Assembly (NCBI GenBank): GCA_017468425.1
Contig: JAFUIO010000020.1
Span: 93,185-157,184, forward strand
Source: Clostridia bacterium
GTDB lineage: Bacteria > Bacillota > Clostridia > Oscillospirales > Acutalibacteraceae
Length of the DNA: 64,000 nt
Reading direction: 5' to 3'
The position numbers and the translations under genes were made by a program. Of this stretch, positions 29,403-39,243 are shown piece after piece. The notes beneath the pieces were generated by a model, which worked only from the letters and a program-made list of their open reading frames with translations, was not told the DNA's origin and made no database searches. Each line of letters opens with the position of its first letter. Position 1 is the stretch's first letter.

Positions 29403-29435
29403 TTGAATGTAACGTGCTAAGGAGATTATTATAAA

Positions 29436-30674
29436 ATGAACTTTTTCGATGAACTCGCAAATTATGACAGCGAAGTATTTTCAGCTTGTGACCTTGAACT
29501 GAAAAGACAGCAGCACAACATTGAACTTATTGCATCTGAAAACATTGTGTCAAAAGCAGTTCTTCTCGCTGCAGGTACAGTTCTTACAAATAAATACGCA
29601 GAAGGATATCCAACAAAAAGATATTACGGTGGTTGTGAAAAGGTAGACATCGTTGAAAATATCGCAAGAGAAAGAGCAAAAGAACTTTTTGGTGCAGAAC
29701 ACGCTAACGTTCAGCCTCACAGCGGTGCAAACGCAAACCTTGCAGCATTCTTTGCTTTACTTGAATGCGGAGATACTGTTATGGGTCTTAACCTTGCAAA
29801 CGGTGGTCATCTTTCTCACGGCTCACCCGTAAACATTTCAGGTAAATATTTCAACGTTGTTCCTTACGGTGTCGCAGATGATACTGAAATGATTGACTAT
29901 GAGGAAATGAGAAGAATTGCTATTGAATGCAAACCTAAAATGATTGTTTCAGGTGCAAGTGCTTATTCAAGAACACTCGACTTTGCTAAAATCAGAGAAA
30001 TCTGTGACGAAGTCGGTGCATATATGATGGTTGACATTGCACATATCGCAGGTCTTGTTGCTGCAGGTCTTCATCCCAGTCCGGTACCTTATGCAGATGT
30101 TGTAACTTCAACTACACACAAAACACTCCGTGGTCCTCACGGTGGTCTTATTCTTTGCAAAGAACAGTATGCAAAACAGATTGATAAGGCTGTTTTCCCC
30201 GGTACACAGGGCGGTCCGCTTATGCATATTATCGCTGCAAAAGCAGTTGCTTTCGGTGAAGCACTTAAGCCCGAATTCAAAGAATATCAGGCTCAGGTTG
30301 TTAAAAATGCTGCAACACTTTGTCAGGCAATGAAAGATGAAGGCTTCAGAATTGTTTCTGACGGCACTGATAACCACCTTATGCTTGTTGACCTTACTCC
30401 TTTTGATATTACAGGTAAAGAACTTGAGAGAAGACTTGACGAAGTTCATATTACAGTAAATAAAAACACAATCCCCAACGAAAAACAGAGTCCTTTTGTT
30501 ACAAGCGGTATCAGAGTTGGTACTCCTGCTGTTACTTCACGCGGATTCAAAGAAAAAGAAATGCTTCTTATTGCTAAATGGATTAAGCTTGTTGCAACAG
30601 ATTTTGAAAATTCAAAGGACAAAATTGCTGAAGAAGTAATGGCACTTTGTGAAAAGTTCCCGATTTACCAGTAA
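29436..30674 (+). CDS. glyA: Serine hydroxymethyltransferase
   Basis: LIASEN, YYGGC and TTHKTLRGP (PLP lysine) motifs. Confidence 0.95.
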   Translation: MNFFDELANYDSEVFSACDLELKRQQHNIELIASENIVSKAVLLAAGTVLTNKYAEGYPTKRYYGGCEKVDIVENIARERAKELFGAEHANVQPHSGANANLAAFFALLECGDTVMGLNLANGGHLSHGSPVNISGKYFNVVPYGVADDTEMIDYEEMRRIAIECKPKMIVSGASAYSRTLDFAKIREICDEVGAYMMVDIAHIAGLVAAGLHPSPVPYADVVTSTTHKTLRGPHGGLILCKEQYAKQIDKAVFPGTQGGPLMHIIAAKAVAFGEALKPEFKEYQAQVVKNAATLCQAMKDEGFRIVSDGTDNHLMLVDLTPFDITGKELERRLDEVHITVNKNTIPNEKQSPFVTSGIRVGTPAVTSRGFKEKEMLLIAKWIKLVATDFENSKDKIAEEVMALCEKFPIYQ

Positions 30675-30694
30675 TATAATTGGAGGTAGACCCG

Positions 30695-31966
30695 ATGAAG
30701 CTTTTAGTTGTCGGTGGTGGTGGACGTGAACACGCTATCATCAAAAAACTTAAAGAAAATAGAGATGTTGAGAAAATTTACGCACTTCCCGGTAACGGTG
30801 GTATTGCTGCAGATGCAGAATGTGTGGCTATCGGTGCTAAAGATATTGAAAAACAGGTGGAATTTGCAAAAGAAAACAGTATTGATTTTGCAGTTGTTGC
30901 TCCTGATGATCCCCTTGTTTTAGGTGCGGTTGATGCACTTAATGAAGCCGGAATCAAATGCTTTGGTCCGAAGAAAAATGCAGCTATTATTGAAGGCAGT
31001 AAAGTTTTTTCAAAAAATCTTATGAAAAAATACGGCATTCCAACTGCAGAATATGAAGTTTTTTCAGATGCAGAAGATGCACTTAAATATATTGAAACTT
31101 GCCCCATTCCCACTGTTATCAAGGCTGACGGTCTTGCACTCGGTAAAGGTGTTATTATTGCGATGAGCCGTCAGGAAGCTGTTGCTGCAGTAAAAGAAAT
31201 TATGGAAGATAAGGTCTTCGGTGAAAGCGGTAACAATATTGTTATTGAAGAATTCCTTACAGGTCCTGAAGTTTCCGTTCTTTCATTTACAGATGGTAAA
31301 ACAGTTGTTCCTATGATTTCATCAATGGACCACAAACGTGCACTTGATAATGATGAAGGTCTTAATACAGGCGGTATGGGCACAGTAGCTCCCAACCCTT
31401 ATTATACTTCTGATGTTGCAAAAGAATGTATGGAAAAAATCTTCCTTCCTACAATCAATGCAATGAAAGCAGAGGGCAGGGAATTCAAGGGTTGCTTGTA
31501 CTTCGGTCTTATGATTACTGAAAAAGGACCTAAAGTTATTGAATATAACTGCCGTTTCGGTGACCCTGAAACTCAGGTTGTTCTGCCGTTGCTTGAAAGC
31601 GATTTGCTTAACATTATGATTGCTTGTGCTGACGGTACACTTACTGAAGAAATGGTTAATTTTTCAGATGAAAACGCTTGTTGCGTTGTTATGGCATCTG
31701 AAGGCTATCCTAAAAAATATGCTACAGGTTTTGAAATTAAGGCTGAAGAATCAGATGATTACGAGCTTTACATTGCAGGTGCAAAACTTTCAGACGATGG
31801 CAAACTTTTGACCGGTGGCGGACGTGTGCTTGGCGTAGTTTCAAAGGCGGGCACGCTTAAGGGAGCTGTTGAAAAAGCATATAAGTCAGTTGAAAAAGTA
31901 AGCTTTGACAATGCTTTTTACAGAAAAGATATCGGCAGAAGAGCACTCTTGAAAACGGAGGAATAA
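30695..31966 (+). CDS. purD: Phosphoribosylamine-glycine ligase
   Basis: MKLLVVGGGGREHA and an ATP-grasp core. GGAGG RBS before ATG 30695. Confidence 0.9.
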   Translation: MKLLVVGGGGREHAIIKKLKENRDVEKIYALPGNGGIAADAECVAIGAKDIEKQVEFAKENSIDFAVVAPDDPLVLGAVDALNEAGIKCFGPKKNAAIIEGSKVFSKNLMKKYGIPTAEYEVFSDAEDALKYIETCPIPTVIKADGLALGKGVIIAMSRQEAVAAVKEIMEDKVFGESGNNIVIEEFLTGPEVSVLSFTDGKTVVPMISSMDHKRALDNDEGLNTGGMGTVAPNPYYTSDVAKECMEKIFLPTINAMKAEGREFKGCLYFGLMITEKGPKVIEYNCRFGDPETQVVLPLLESDLLNIMIACADGTLTEEMVNFSDENACCVVMASEGYPKKYATGFEIKAEESDDYELYIAGAKLSDDGKLLTGGGRVLGVVSKAGTLKGAVEKAYKSVEKVSFDNAFYRKDIGRRALLKTEE

Positions 31967-31969
31967 TAT

Positions 31970-34900
31970 ATGGTTTACAGAATTTTTGTAGAAAAAAAAG
32001 CAGGCCTTGAAAATGAAGCAAATGAACTCAAGCACGACCTTCGTTCACTTCTTTCAATTAAAGGTCTTGAAAAATTAAGACTTTTCAACAGATATGACGT
32101 TGAAAATATTGACGCAGATTTGTTTGAAAAAAGCAAAATGACAGTTTTTGCTGAACCTCAGCTTGATAATATCAGTGATGATTTTTCTGATGATAATGCT
32201 ATCATTTTTGCAACAGAATACCTTCCCGGTCAGTTTGACCAGCGTGCTGATTCAGCTGCTCAGTGTATTCAGATTATTTCACAGGGCGACAGACCCCTTG
32301 TGAGAACAGCAAAAGTTTACGCTCTCTACGGTGAAATTTCCGATGCTGAACTTGCTGAAATCAAAAAATATGTAATCAACCCCGTTGAATCACGTGAAGC
32401 TTCTCTCGAAAAGCCTGAAACTCTTGCTGTTGATTATGATATCCCCACAGAAGTTGAAACACTCGATGGTTTCCTTAATTTAGATGCAGACGGTCTCGCA
32501 CAGTTTGTTAAATCATACGGACTTGCAATGGATAATGATGATATTAAATTCTGTCAGGATTATTTCAAAACTGAAAACAGAAACCCTACAATCACTGAAA
32601 TCAGAATGATTGATACATATTGGTCTGACCATTGCCGTCATACAACTTTCCTTACAACTATTGATAACGTTAAATTTGAAGATAAGCTTATCGAAGATGC
32701 ATGGAAAGAATATATTGCAAAACGTGAAGAACTCGGCAGAACAAAGCCCATCAATCTTATGGATGTTGCAACTCTCGCAACAAGAGTTCTCAAAGCAAAC
32801 GGCAAACTCGAAAAGCTTGATGAATCTGAAGAAATCAACGCTTGCACAGTTAAAATGACAGTTGACGTTGACGGAGTAGATGAAGAATGGCTTCTTCTCT
32901 TCAAAAACGAAACTCATAACCATCCCACAGAAATTGAACCTTTCGGCGGTGCTGCTACTTGTATCGGCGGTGCTATCCGTGACCCGCTTTCAGGCCGTTC
33001 ATATGTTTACGGTGCTATGCGTGTTACAGGTGCAGGTAACCCCTTGAAGAGCGTTGCTGAAACAATGAAAGGTAAACTTCCTCAGAGAAAAATTGTAAGA
33101 ACTGCAGCTGCAGGTTATTCTTCATACGGTAACCAGATTGGTCTTGCAACAGGTCAGGTTGATGAACTTTATCACGATGGCTATGTAGCAAAGAGAATGG
33201 AAATCGGTGCAGTTGTTGCAGCAGCACCCGCTAAAAACGTTCGTCGCGAAAGACCTGAAGATGGCGATGTAGTTATTCTTCTTGGCGGCAGAACAGGCCG
33301 TGACGGTTGCGGTGGTGCAACAGGTTCTTCAAAATCACATACACTTGAATCTCTTGAATCCTGCGGTGCAGAAGTTCAGAAGGGTAATGCTCCTGAAGAA
33401 AGAAAGCTTCAGAGACTTTTCAGAAATGCAGAAGCATCTTACCTTATCAAACGTTGTAACGACTTCGGTGCAGGCGGTGTTTCAGTTGCTATCGGTGAAC
33501 TTGCTGACGGTCTTGAAATTGACCTTAACAAAGTTCCAAAGAAATATGACGGTCTTGACGGTACAGAACTTGCAATCAGCGAAAGCCAGGAAAGAATGGC
33601 TGTTGTTGTTGAAGAAAAAGATGTACAGAGATTCCTTGAACTTGCTTCTCTTGAAAACCTTGAAGCAACTCCCGTTGCAGTTGTTAAGGCTGAACCTCGT
33701 CTTGTAATGCACTGGAACGGCAAGAAAATTGTTGACCTTTCCAGAGAATTCCTCAACTCAAACGGTGCAGAAAAGCATATTGATATTGCGCCTGCTAAAC
33801 CTGAATGTTATAAGAAAATTGTTGAAGGCTCATTCAAAGATAACCTTGAAGCTCTTGCAGATGACCTTAATGTCTGCTCAAAGAGAGGCCTTTCTGAAAG
33901 ATTTGACTCAACAATCGGCGCTGGTACAGTTCTTATGCCTTTCGGCGGTAAGCATCAGCAGACTCCTATTCAGGCAATGGTACATAAAGTTTCAACTGAA
34001 AAAGCAAAAACAAACAGTTGTTCACTTATGTCTTGGGGTTATAACCCGTTCATCGCTTGTAAGAGCCCCTATCATTCAGCATATCTTGCAGTAATTGAAT
34101 CTGTTTCAAAACTTATTGCAACAGGTGCTAAATTTGAAGATGTATACCTTACATTCCAGGAATATTTTGAGAAACCTCTCAAATCTCCCACACGTTGGGG
34201 TAAACCTCTTTCAGCACTTCTCGGTGCATTCAAAGCACAGCTTGAACTTGAAATTGCTTCAATCGGCGGTAAAGACTCAATGAGTGGTTCATTTGAAGAT
34301 ATTGATGTTCCGCCTACACTTGTTTCTTTCGCTGTTACAACAGAAAAAGTTGACAGCATCGTATCTCCTGAATTCAAAGCAGCAGGCCACAATGTATGTC
34401 TTCTTAAGCCTGAATACGATGAAAACGGGCTTCCCGTAACTGCATCACTTAAGGCTAATTTCGATAAAGTTAATGAACTTCTTTCATCTGGTAAAGCTGT
34501 TGCAGCTTACACACCCACACTTGGCGGTGTAGCAGAAGCAGTTATGAAGATGTGCTTCGGTAATGATATCGGCTTTGAATATAACGCAGAAATTTCAAAT
34601 GATGAAATCTTCGGTTATAACTACGGTGCATTCGTTCTTGAAATGACTGATGATACACAGGTTGGCATTCTTCTCGGTAAAACTACAGAAGAAAAAGCAA
34701 TCGTTAAAGGTGACGAAAAAGTCTGCCTTAATAATCTTCTCAAGATTTATGAAGATAAACTTGAACCTATCTATTCTTGCAACATCGAAACAGAAGGCAA
34801 GGAAATTCCTGCATTCTCATTCGAAGCAAATGAAAGAAAAGCTCCTGCAATCAAGGTTGCAAAGCCGAAAGTTCTTATTCCCGTATTCCCCGGCACAAAC

Positions 34901-35659
34901 TGCGAATTTGACTCAGCAAAAGCTATGGAATATGCAGGTGCAGAAGCTGAAATTATTGTTCTTAATAACCTTACAGCAGACGGTATCACAAGAAGTGTTG
35001 AAAGATTTGCAAAATCTCTTGAAACAGCACAGATGATTTTCGTTCCCGGTGGTTTCTCAGGCGGTGACGAGCCCGACGGTTCAGGTAAATTCATCACAGC
35101 ATTTTTCCGTAACGCTGCAGTTAAAGAAGGTGTAACAAATCTTCTTGAAAACCGTGACGGTCTTATGTGCGGTATCTGTAACGGCTTCCAGGCTCTTATC
35201 AAACTCGGTCTTGTACCTTACGGTAAAATTATTGATACTGATGAAAATTGTCCCACACTTACATTCAATACAATCGGACGCCATCAGTCAAGACTTGTAA
35301 GAACAAGAATCGCTTCTAATAAGTCTCCCTGGCTTGCAGCTACAAACGTAGGTGACGTTTACACAGTGCCGATTTCACACGGCGAAGGTCGTTTCCTTGC
35401 AAGTGAAGAACTTGTCAAGAAACTTGCTGAAAACGGTCAGATTGCAACACAGTATGTTGACCTTGAAGGTAATCCCACAGATGATATCCGTTTCAATCCC
35501 AACAATTCTGTTTGTGCAATTGAAGGTATCACTTCACCTGACGGCAGAGTATTCGGTAAAATGGGTCACTCTGAACGTAAAGGTTACGGACTTTACAAAA
35601 ATGTTGACGGCGTTTACGATATGCAGATGTTCGAATCGGCAGTTAAATACTTTAAATAA
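31970..35659 (+). CDS. purL: Phosphoribosylformylglycinamidine synthase, single-chain large form (PurS/L/Q fused)
   Basis: 1229 aa. ETHNHPTEIEPFGGAATCIGG motif. C-terminal glutaminase with GICNGFQ and HGEG. Confidence 0.9.
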   Translation: MVYRIFVEKKAGLENEANELKHDLRSLLSIKGLEKLRLFNRYDVENIDADLFEKSKMTVFAEPQLDNISDDFSDDNAIIFATEYLPGQFDQRADSAAQCIQIISQGDRPLVRTAKVYALYGEISDAELAEIKKYVINPVESREASLEKPETLAVDYDIPTEVETLDGFLNLDADGLAQFVKSYGLAMDNDDIKFCQDYFKTENRNPTITEIRMIDTYWSDHCRHTTFLTTIDNVKFEDKLIEDAWKEYIAKREELGRTKPINLMDVATLATRVLKANGKLEKLDESEEINACTVKMTVDVDGVDEEWLLLFKNETHNHPTEIEPFGGAATCIGGAIRDPLSGRSYVYGAMRVTGAGNPLKSVAETMKGKLPQRKIVRTAAAGYSSYGNQIGLATGQVDELYHDGYVAKRMEIGAVVAAAPAKNVRRERPEDGDVVILLGGRTGRDGCGGATGSSKSHTLESLESCGAEVQKGNAPEERKLQRLFRNAEASYLIKRCNDFGAGGVSVAIGELADGLEIDLNKVPKKYDGLDGTELAISESQERMAVVVEEKDVQRFLELASLENLEATPVAVVKAEPRLVMHWNGKKIVDLSREFLNSNGAEKHIDIAPAKPECYKKIVEGSFKDNLEALADDLNVCSKRGLSERFDSTIGAGTVLMPFGGKHQQTPIQAMVHKVSTEKAKTNSCSLMSWGYNPFIACKSPYHSAYLAVIESVSKLIATGAKFEDVYLTFQEYFEKPLKSPTRWGKPLSALLGAFKAQLELEIASIGGKDSMSGSFEDIDVPPTLVSFAVTTEKVDSIVSPEFKAAGHNVCLLKPEYDENGLPVTASLKANFDKVNELLSSGKAVAAYTPTLGGVAEAVMKMCFGNDIGFEYNAEISNDEIFGYNYGAFVLEMTDDTQVGILLGKTTEEKAIVKGDEKVCLNNLLKIYEDKLEPIYSCNIETEGKEIPAFSFEANERKAPAIKVAKPKVLIPVFPGTNCEFDSAKAMEYAGAEAEIIVLNNLTADGITRSVERFAKSLETAQMIFVPGGFSGGDEPDGSGKFITAFFRNAAVKEGVTNLLENRDGLMCGICNGFQALIKLGLVPYGKIIDTDENCPTLTFNTIGRHQSRLVRTRIASNKSPWLAATNVGDVYTVPISHGEGRFLASEELVKKLAENGQIATQYVDLEGNPTDDIRFNPNNSVCAIEGITSPDGRVFGKMGHSERKGYGLYKNVDGVYDMQMFESAVKYFK

Positions 35660-35666
35660 TTAAAAC

Positions 35667-35698
35667 AGCGGAGACACTCTGATGTCTCCGCTATTTTT
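35667..35698 (+). terminator. Rho-independent terminator ending the pur operon
   Basis: AGCGGAGACA / TGTCTCCGCT stem followed by TTTTT. Confidence 0.8.
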
Positions 35699-35713
35699 CG
35701 GAAGGAAAATTTG

Positions 35714-37438
35714 ATGGAAAAATCTTTTGAAAATCTCTATTTGTCACCTGAACTCAAACGTGCAGTTGATGAAATGGGATTTAATGAAATGACTGATATT
35801 CAGTCACAGGCAATACCTCTTATACGCACAGGATGTGACGTTATCGGCCGTTCACAGACAGGTACAGGTAAAACTGTTGCCTTTGCAATTCCAGCCCTTG
35901 AAACTATAGATACAAGCCTTGAGAAAGTTCAGATTATAATTCTGTGTCCCACACGTGAACTTGCAATGCAGGGAGCAGGGGAAATTAAAAAACTTTCACG
36001 CTTTATGAATGGTGTAAGAGTATGCGATGTCTACGGCGGTGCTGCTATGGACAGACAAATCACAAAAATCAAGCGTGCAAATATAGTCATTGGCACTCCC
36101 GGCAGAATTATGGACCATATGCGCAGAAGAACACTTAAGCTTCACGATGTGAAAATGGTTGTTCTTGACGAAGCAGACGAAATGCTCAGTATGGGATTCA
36201 GAGAAGATATTGAAGAAATTCTTTCGCATACACCGGATGACAGACAAACCGTTCTTTTTTCTGCTACAATGCCCAGGGAAATTCTTGATATAACAGAGAA
36301 ATTCCAGCACGACCCCGTGATGATTGAAATTAAATCACGCAGCCTTACTGTTGAACATATCAGACAGCATTTTATTGAAGTGCCGATGGGCAAAAAGATG
36401 GATGCACTGAATATGCTTCTTCGTTATTTTTCACCTAAACGTGCTATGATTTTCTGTAACACGAAAGCGATGGTTGAAGATTTAGGAAAATACCTGAAAG
36501 AAAACGGATTTGATTCCGAAAGCCTTCATGGCGATATGCAGCAATCATCACGTACGCGTGTTATGGATTCTTTCAAAGGCGGTTTAAGTAATATCCTTAT
36601 TGCAACAGATGTTGCAGCACGCGGTATAGACGTAAATGATATTGACTTTGTGTTTAACTATGATATTCCGCAGAACAGAGAATATTATGTACACCGTATC
36701 GGCAGAACAGGCAGAGCAGGTAAAGACGGTACTGCAATTACAATCTGCAGCGGAAGACGTCAGATAACTGCGATTAAGGATATCGCAAAAAGCACTAAAT
36801 CTGAAATTGAACAGCTTGATTTGCCGAGCACAGAAGATCTGAGAAACAAGCTTATTGAAAGAGAGCTTACACTTCTTGAAAATCAGCTTGAAATCAATGC
36901 TGATGACAGATACAACAAGATTCTCAATGAACTGTTAAGTAAAGGTCTTTCACTTTACGAATTGAGTGCCAAACTTCTGCAGATTATTATGGGTGAAAAG
37001 ATTGAACAGATATCTTCTCTTGAATCTTTCGGCAAAAAGCAAAGAGGAAAAGATGAGGATTTTCAGAAAATCCGTATTTCAATCGGCAGAGCGAAAAAAG
37101 TTGCACCAAATCATGTTCTTTGTGCTGTTGCAGACAGAACGGGCATTTCAGGCAGAGAAATTGGTAAAATTGAAATTTACGATGAATATACTTTAGTTGG
37201 TATACCAAAAGATAAGGTCGATGAAATTATTCTGAAAATGGTCGGTTGCAAAATTAACGGATTCAATGTTGACACAAGAGTTTATCAGGATAAAAATGCT
37301 AAAGTCAAGCCTGAAAAGCATCAGAAAAATTCTGCTAAAGATAAATCTGAACCTTTCAAAAACGGCAAACGTGACAGAAATAAAGAAAAGTCTTTCAGAA
37401 AACAGAAAGAAAAATCTAAAAATAAGAAAAGAAGATAA
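35714..37438 (+). CDS. DEAD-box ATP-dependent RNA helicase (CshA/DeaD-like) with a DbpA-type RNA-binding region and a Lys-rich tail
   Basis: Q-motif, GTGKT, DEAD, SAT and HRIGRTGRAG motifs. Confidence 0.9.
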   Translation: MEKSFENLYLSPELKRAVDEMGFNEMTDIQSQAIPLIRTGCDVIGRSQTGTGKTVAFAIPALETIDTSLEKVQIIILCPTRELAMQGAGEIKKLSRFMNGVRVCDVYGGAAMDRQITKIKRANIVIGTPGRIMDHMRRRTLKLHDVKMVVLDEADEMLSMGFREDIEEILSHTPDDRQTVLFSATMPREILDITEKFQHDPVMIEIKSRSLTVEHIRQHFIEVPMGKKMDALNMLLRYFSPKRAMIFCNTKAMVEDLGKYLKENGFDSESLHGDMQQSSRTRVMDSFKGGLSNILIATDVAARGIDVNDIDFVFNYDIPQNREYYVHRIGRTGRAGKDGTAITICSGRRQITAIKDIAKSTKSEIEQLDLPSTEDLRNKLIERELTLLENQLEINADDRYNKILNELLSKGLSLYELSAKLLQIIMGEKIEQISSLESFGKKQRGKDEDFQKIRISIGRAKKVAPNHVLCAVADRTGISGREIGKIEIYDEYTLVGIPKDKVDEIILKMVGCKINGFNVDTRVYQDKNAKVKPEKHQKNSAKDKSEPFKNGKRDRNKEKSFRKQKEKSKNKKRR

Positions 37439-37442
37439 AAAT

Positions 37443-37471
37443 TCCCTCAACACTCATCGAATGTTGAGGGA
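37443..37471. terminator. Bidirectional terminator between helicase and lipase
   Basis: TCCCTCAACA / TGTTGAGGGA stem. Confidence 0.7.
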
Positions 37472-37476
37472 TAAAC

Positions 37477-38715
37477 TTATTTTTCAAGAGATATAAGCAT
37501 TGCGGTCAGATTATTATAGAAATTATGTACATATTCCTCGCTTGAGAAAAGGCCGATTGGTGTGCCGTGGTCACCTTCGAGAGTGGGCATAACATTCCAG
37601 ATTCCGGATTCAATTTTTCCGTCGTAATCTTTTGCAGGTTCATCTATGGGATTTTTTGCTGAAACGGTGTTTACAAGTCCGTCGTTTGCAAGCCAGGAAT
37701 CATCAAAATCAATTCCGAATGAATCATCAGGTGTGCCGTAAAATCTTATAAGCATGCTTGTAAAAGCAAGGAAGAAGAAATCAAAGTTTTTTGGAAGATT
37801 GAGTTTTTCAGATGTACAGTCATATGTATAACAGAAATAATTAATGTTATCGCTGATTTCAATTTTTTCATTTAATTTCTGTGCACCTTCAATTGATAAA
37901 TCAATAACTACACTGTCGTTAGCTTTTGAAAATTTATCTATTGCAGAAAAAAGCTCATCCTTTGCTACTCTTTCTCCGGGAATACATGTCATACCGAATT
38001 GCTCAAGATGGAAATCAACAAGTTTTCCGTTGAGAAAGCTTCTGCCCATGATGCCGGCATAAATGTTTACGACTGTTTCTAAAATCGGCTTAAGATATAT
38101 AGCATCTGCTACATCAAATGTAGTTGTTCCGTTATTAGGTGAACAGAGAGTTGTAACACTTTCAACGTAGTTTTCTTTACCGCCTGTAAAAAGTCCCGAA
38201 ATTTCATTGCCCGGTGTAGCATTTATTTCTTCACTGTCGCCATGTGTCAATAAATGAGCAAGAAGTCGTGCAACTTGTCCGCCGTGGCTGTGACCGATGA
38301 TATGTATTTTTCTGCCGTTACCCCAATCAGGTACAAGTGCTTCTTCGTATGTTCTGCCGTAGCGGTCGTGACCGTGTGCCTTGGAATGAGCTTCGCCGTA
38401 GTCAACTGTTGTGCCCGTAAGCTGAGCATAAACTTCGCATGCGTTGTCCCACGCACTTGAAATAGGTCCTACAGAAACATCGTAGCATTCCATATTGTTT
38501 TCGCGCAGATATTCCATAAGGCTTCCTGTTGTACCTCCCCAATAGGGGGCAATTTTGTTGATGCCTTCATCCTGACCCCATCCGAACATTCCGTGAACAA
38601 AAATTAACGGATATTTGTTTTCAGGTTCGGTATTTTTTGCATAAGAAATAACTGAAGTTGACAACACAATGGCAATGCATAAAATAACTGTAAAAAATTT
38701 TTTAGCAACTTTCAT
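37477..38715 (-). CDS. Secreted triacylglycerol lipase/esterase
   Basis: Signal peptide. PLIFVHGMFGWG...YWGG and nucleophile elbow GHSHGG, similar to Staphylococcus/Geobacillus-type lipases. Confidence 0.75.
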   Translation of the reverse strand: MKVAKKFFTVILCIAIVLSTSVISYAKNTEPENKYPLIFVHGMFGWGQDEGINKIAPYWGGTTGSLMEYLRENNMECYDVSVGPISSAWDNACEVYAQLTGTTVDYGEAHSKAHGHDRYGRTYEEALVPDWGNGRKIHIIGHSHGGQVARLLAHLLTHGDSEEINATPGNEISGLFTGGKENYVESVTTLCSPNNGTTTFDVADAIYLKPILETVVNIYAGIMGRSFLNGKLVDFHLEQFGMTCIPGERVAKDELFSAIDKFSKANDSVVIDLSIEGAQKLNEKIEISDNINYFCYTYDCTSEKLNLPKNFDFFFLAFTSMLIRFYGTPDDSFGIDFDDSWLANDGLVNTVSAKNPIDEPAKDYDGKIESGIWNVMPTLEGDHGTPIGLFSSEEYVHNFYNNLTAMLISLEK

Positions 38716-38904
38716 ATGATTTTCACTTCCCTTATCTTAAAAAATAATGTGTCATTATAACAAGATTATACTTTAGATATTAACTAATCTCAACAACAAA
38801 ATTCAAAACTTATGTTGATTTCATTATTTTTACTGAATTATACCATTGCATAAATTTATAATCAATAGTTAAAAAATTAAATAATATAAATTTTAATTGA
38901 AAAC

Positions 38905-38933
38905 TTGACTAAAATTGAATATTGTTATATAAT
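38905..38933 (+). promoter_or_regulatory. alaS leader promoter
   Basis: TTGACT, 17-nt spacer, TATAAT. Confidence 0.65.
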
Positions 38934-38939
38934 TTATCA

Positions 38940-39200
38940 GTAATATTTTAAAAGTTGTGATGAGTTTAGTTTTTTACTTGATGCTACAGAGAGGGGAGCC
39001 CGGGCTGAAAGCTTCCTGCTGAGAGGTATTAAACGTGCCAGCTCTGAACTGCCTGCGATGAGCAGTGCCGTATTTCTGCGTTAAAGATAAATTGAGTGGT
39101 GCTTTTTGCACAATTCGGGTGGTACCGCAGGACGTAGTCTTGTCCCGATTTGTAAGAAGGGGATTTTGTATCCTTTTCTGTGTGCATAAGGCATTTATTT
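38940..39200 (+). promoter_or_regulatory. T-box leader RNA upstream of alaS
   Basis: T-box sequence AATTCGGGTGGTACCGCAG (39112-39130). Antiterminator helices TCGGG/CCCGA and CAGGAC/GTCTTG flank a UGGUACC bulge. AGAGAG and GAUGAG stem-I elements lie upstream. Ala codons GCC (39051) and GCG (39055) are specifier candidates. Confidence 0.8.
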
Positions 39201-39243
39201 TTTTGTTTAAAATTTTCAGAATATATATTAAGGAGTAAAAACT

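Noticed and set aside
38716-38904. Very AT-rich 190-bp region between the lipase and the alaS leader, inspected for a small RNA or repeat.
   Set aside because: No stable stem-loops, repeats or ORFs were seen. It is consistent with a divergent promoter region.
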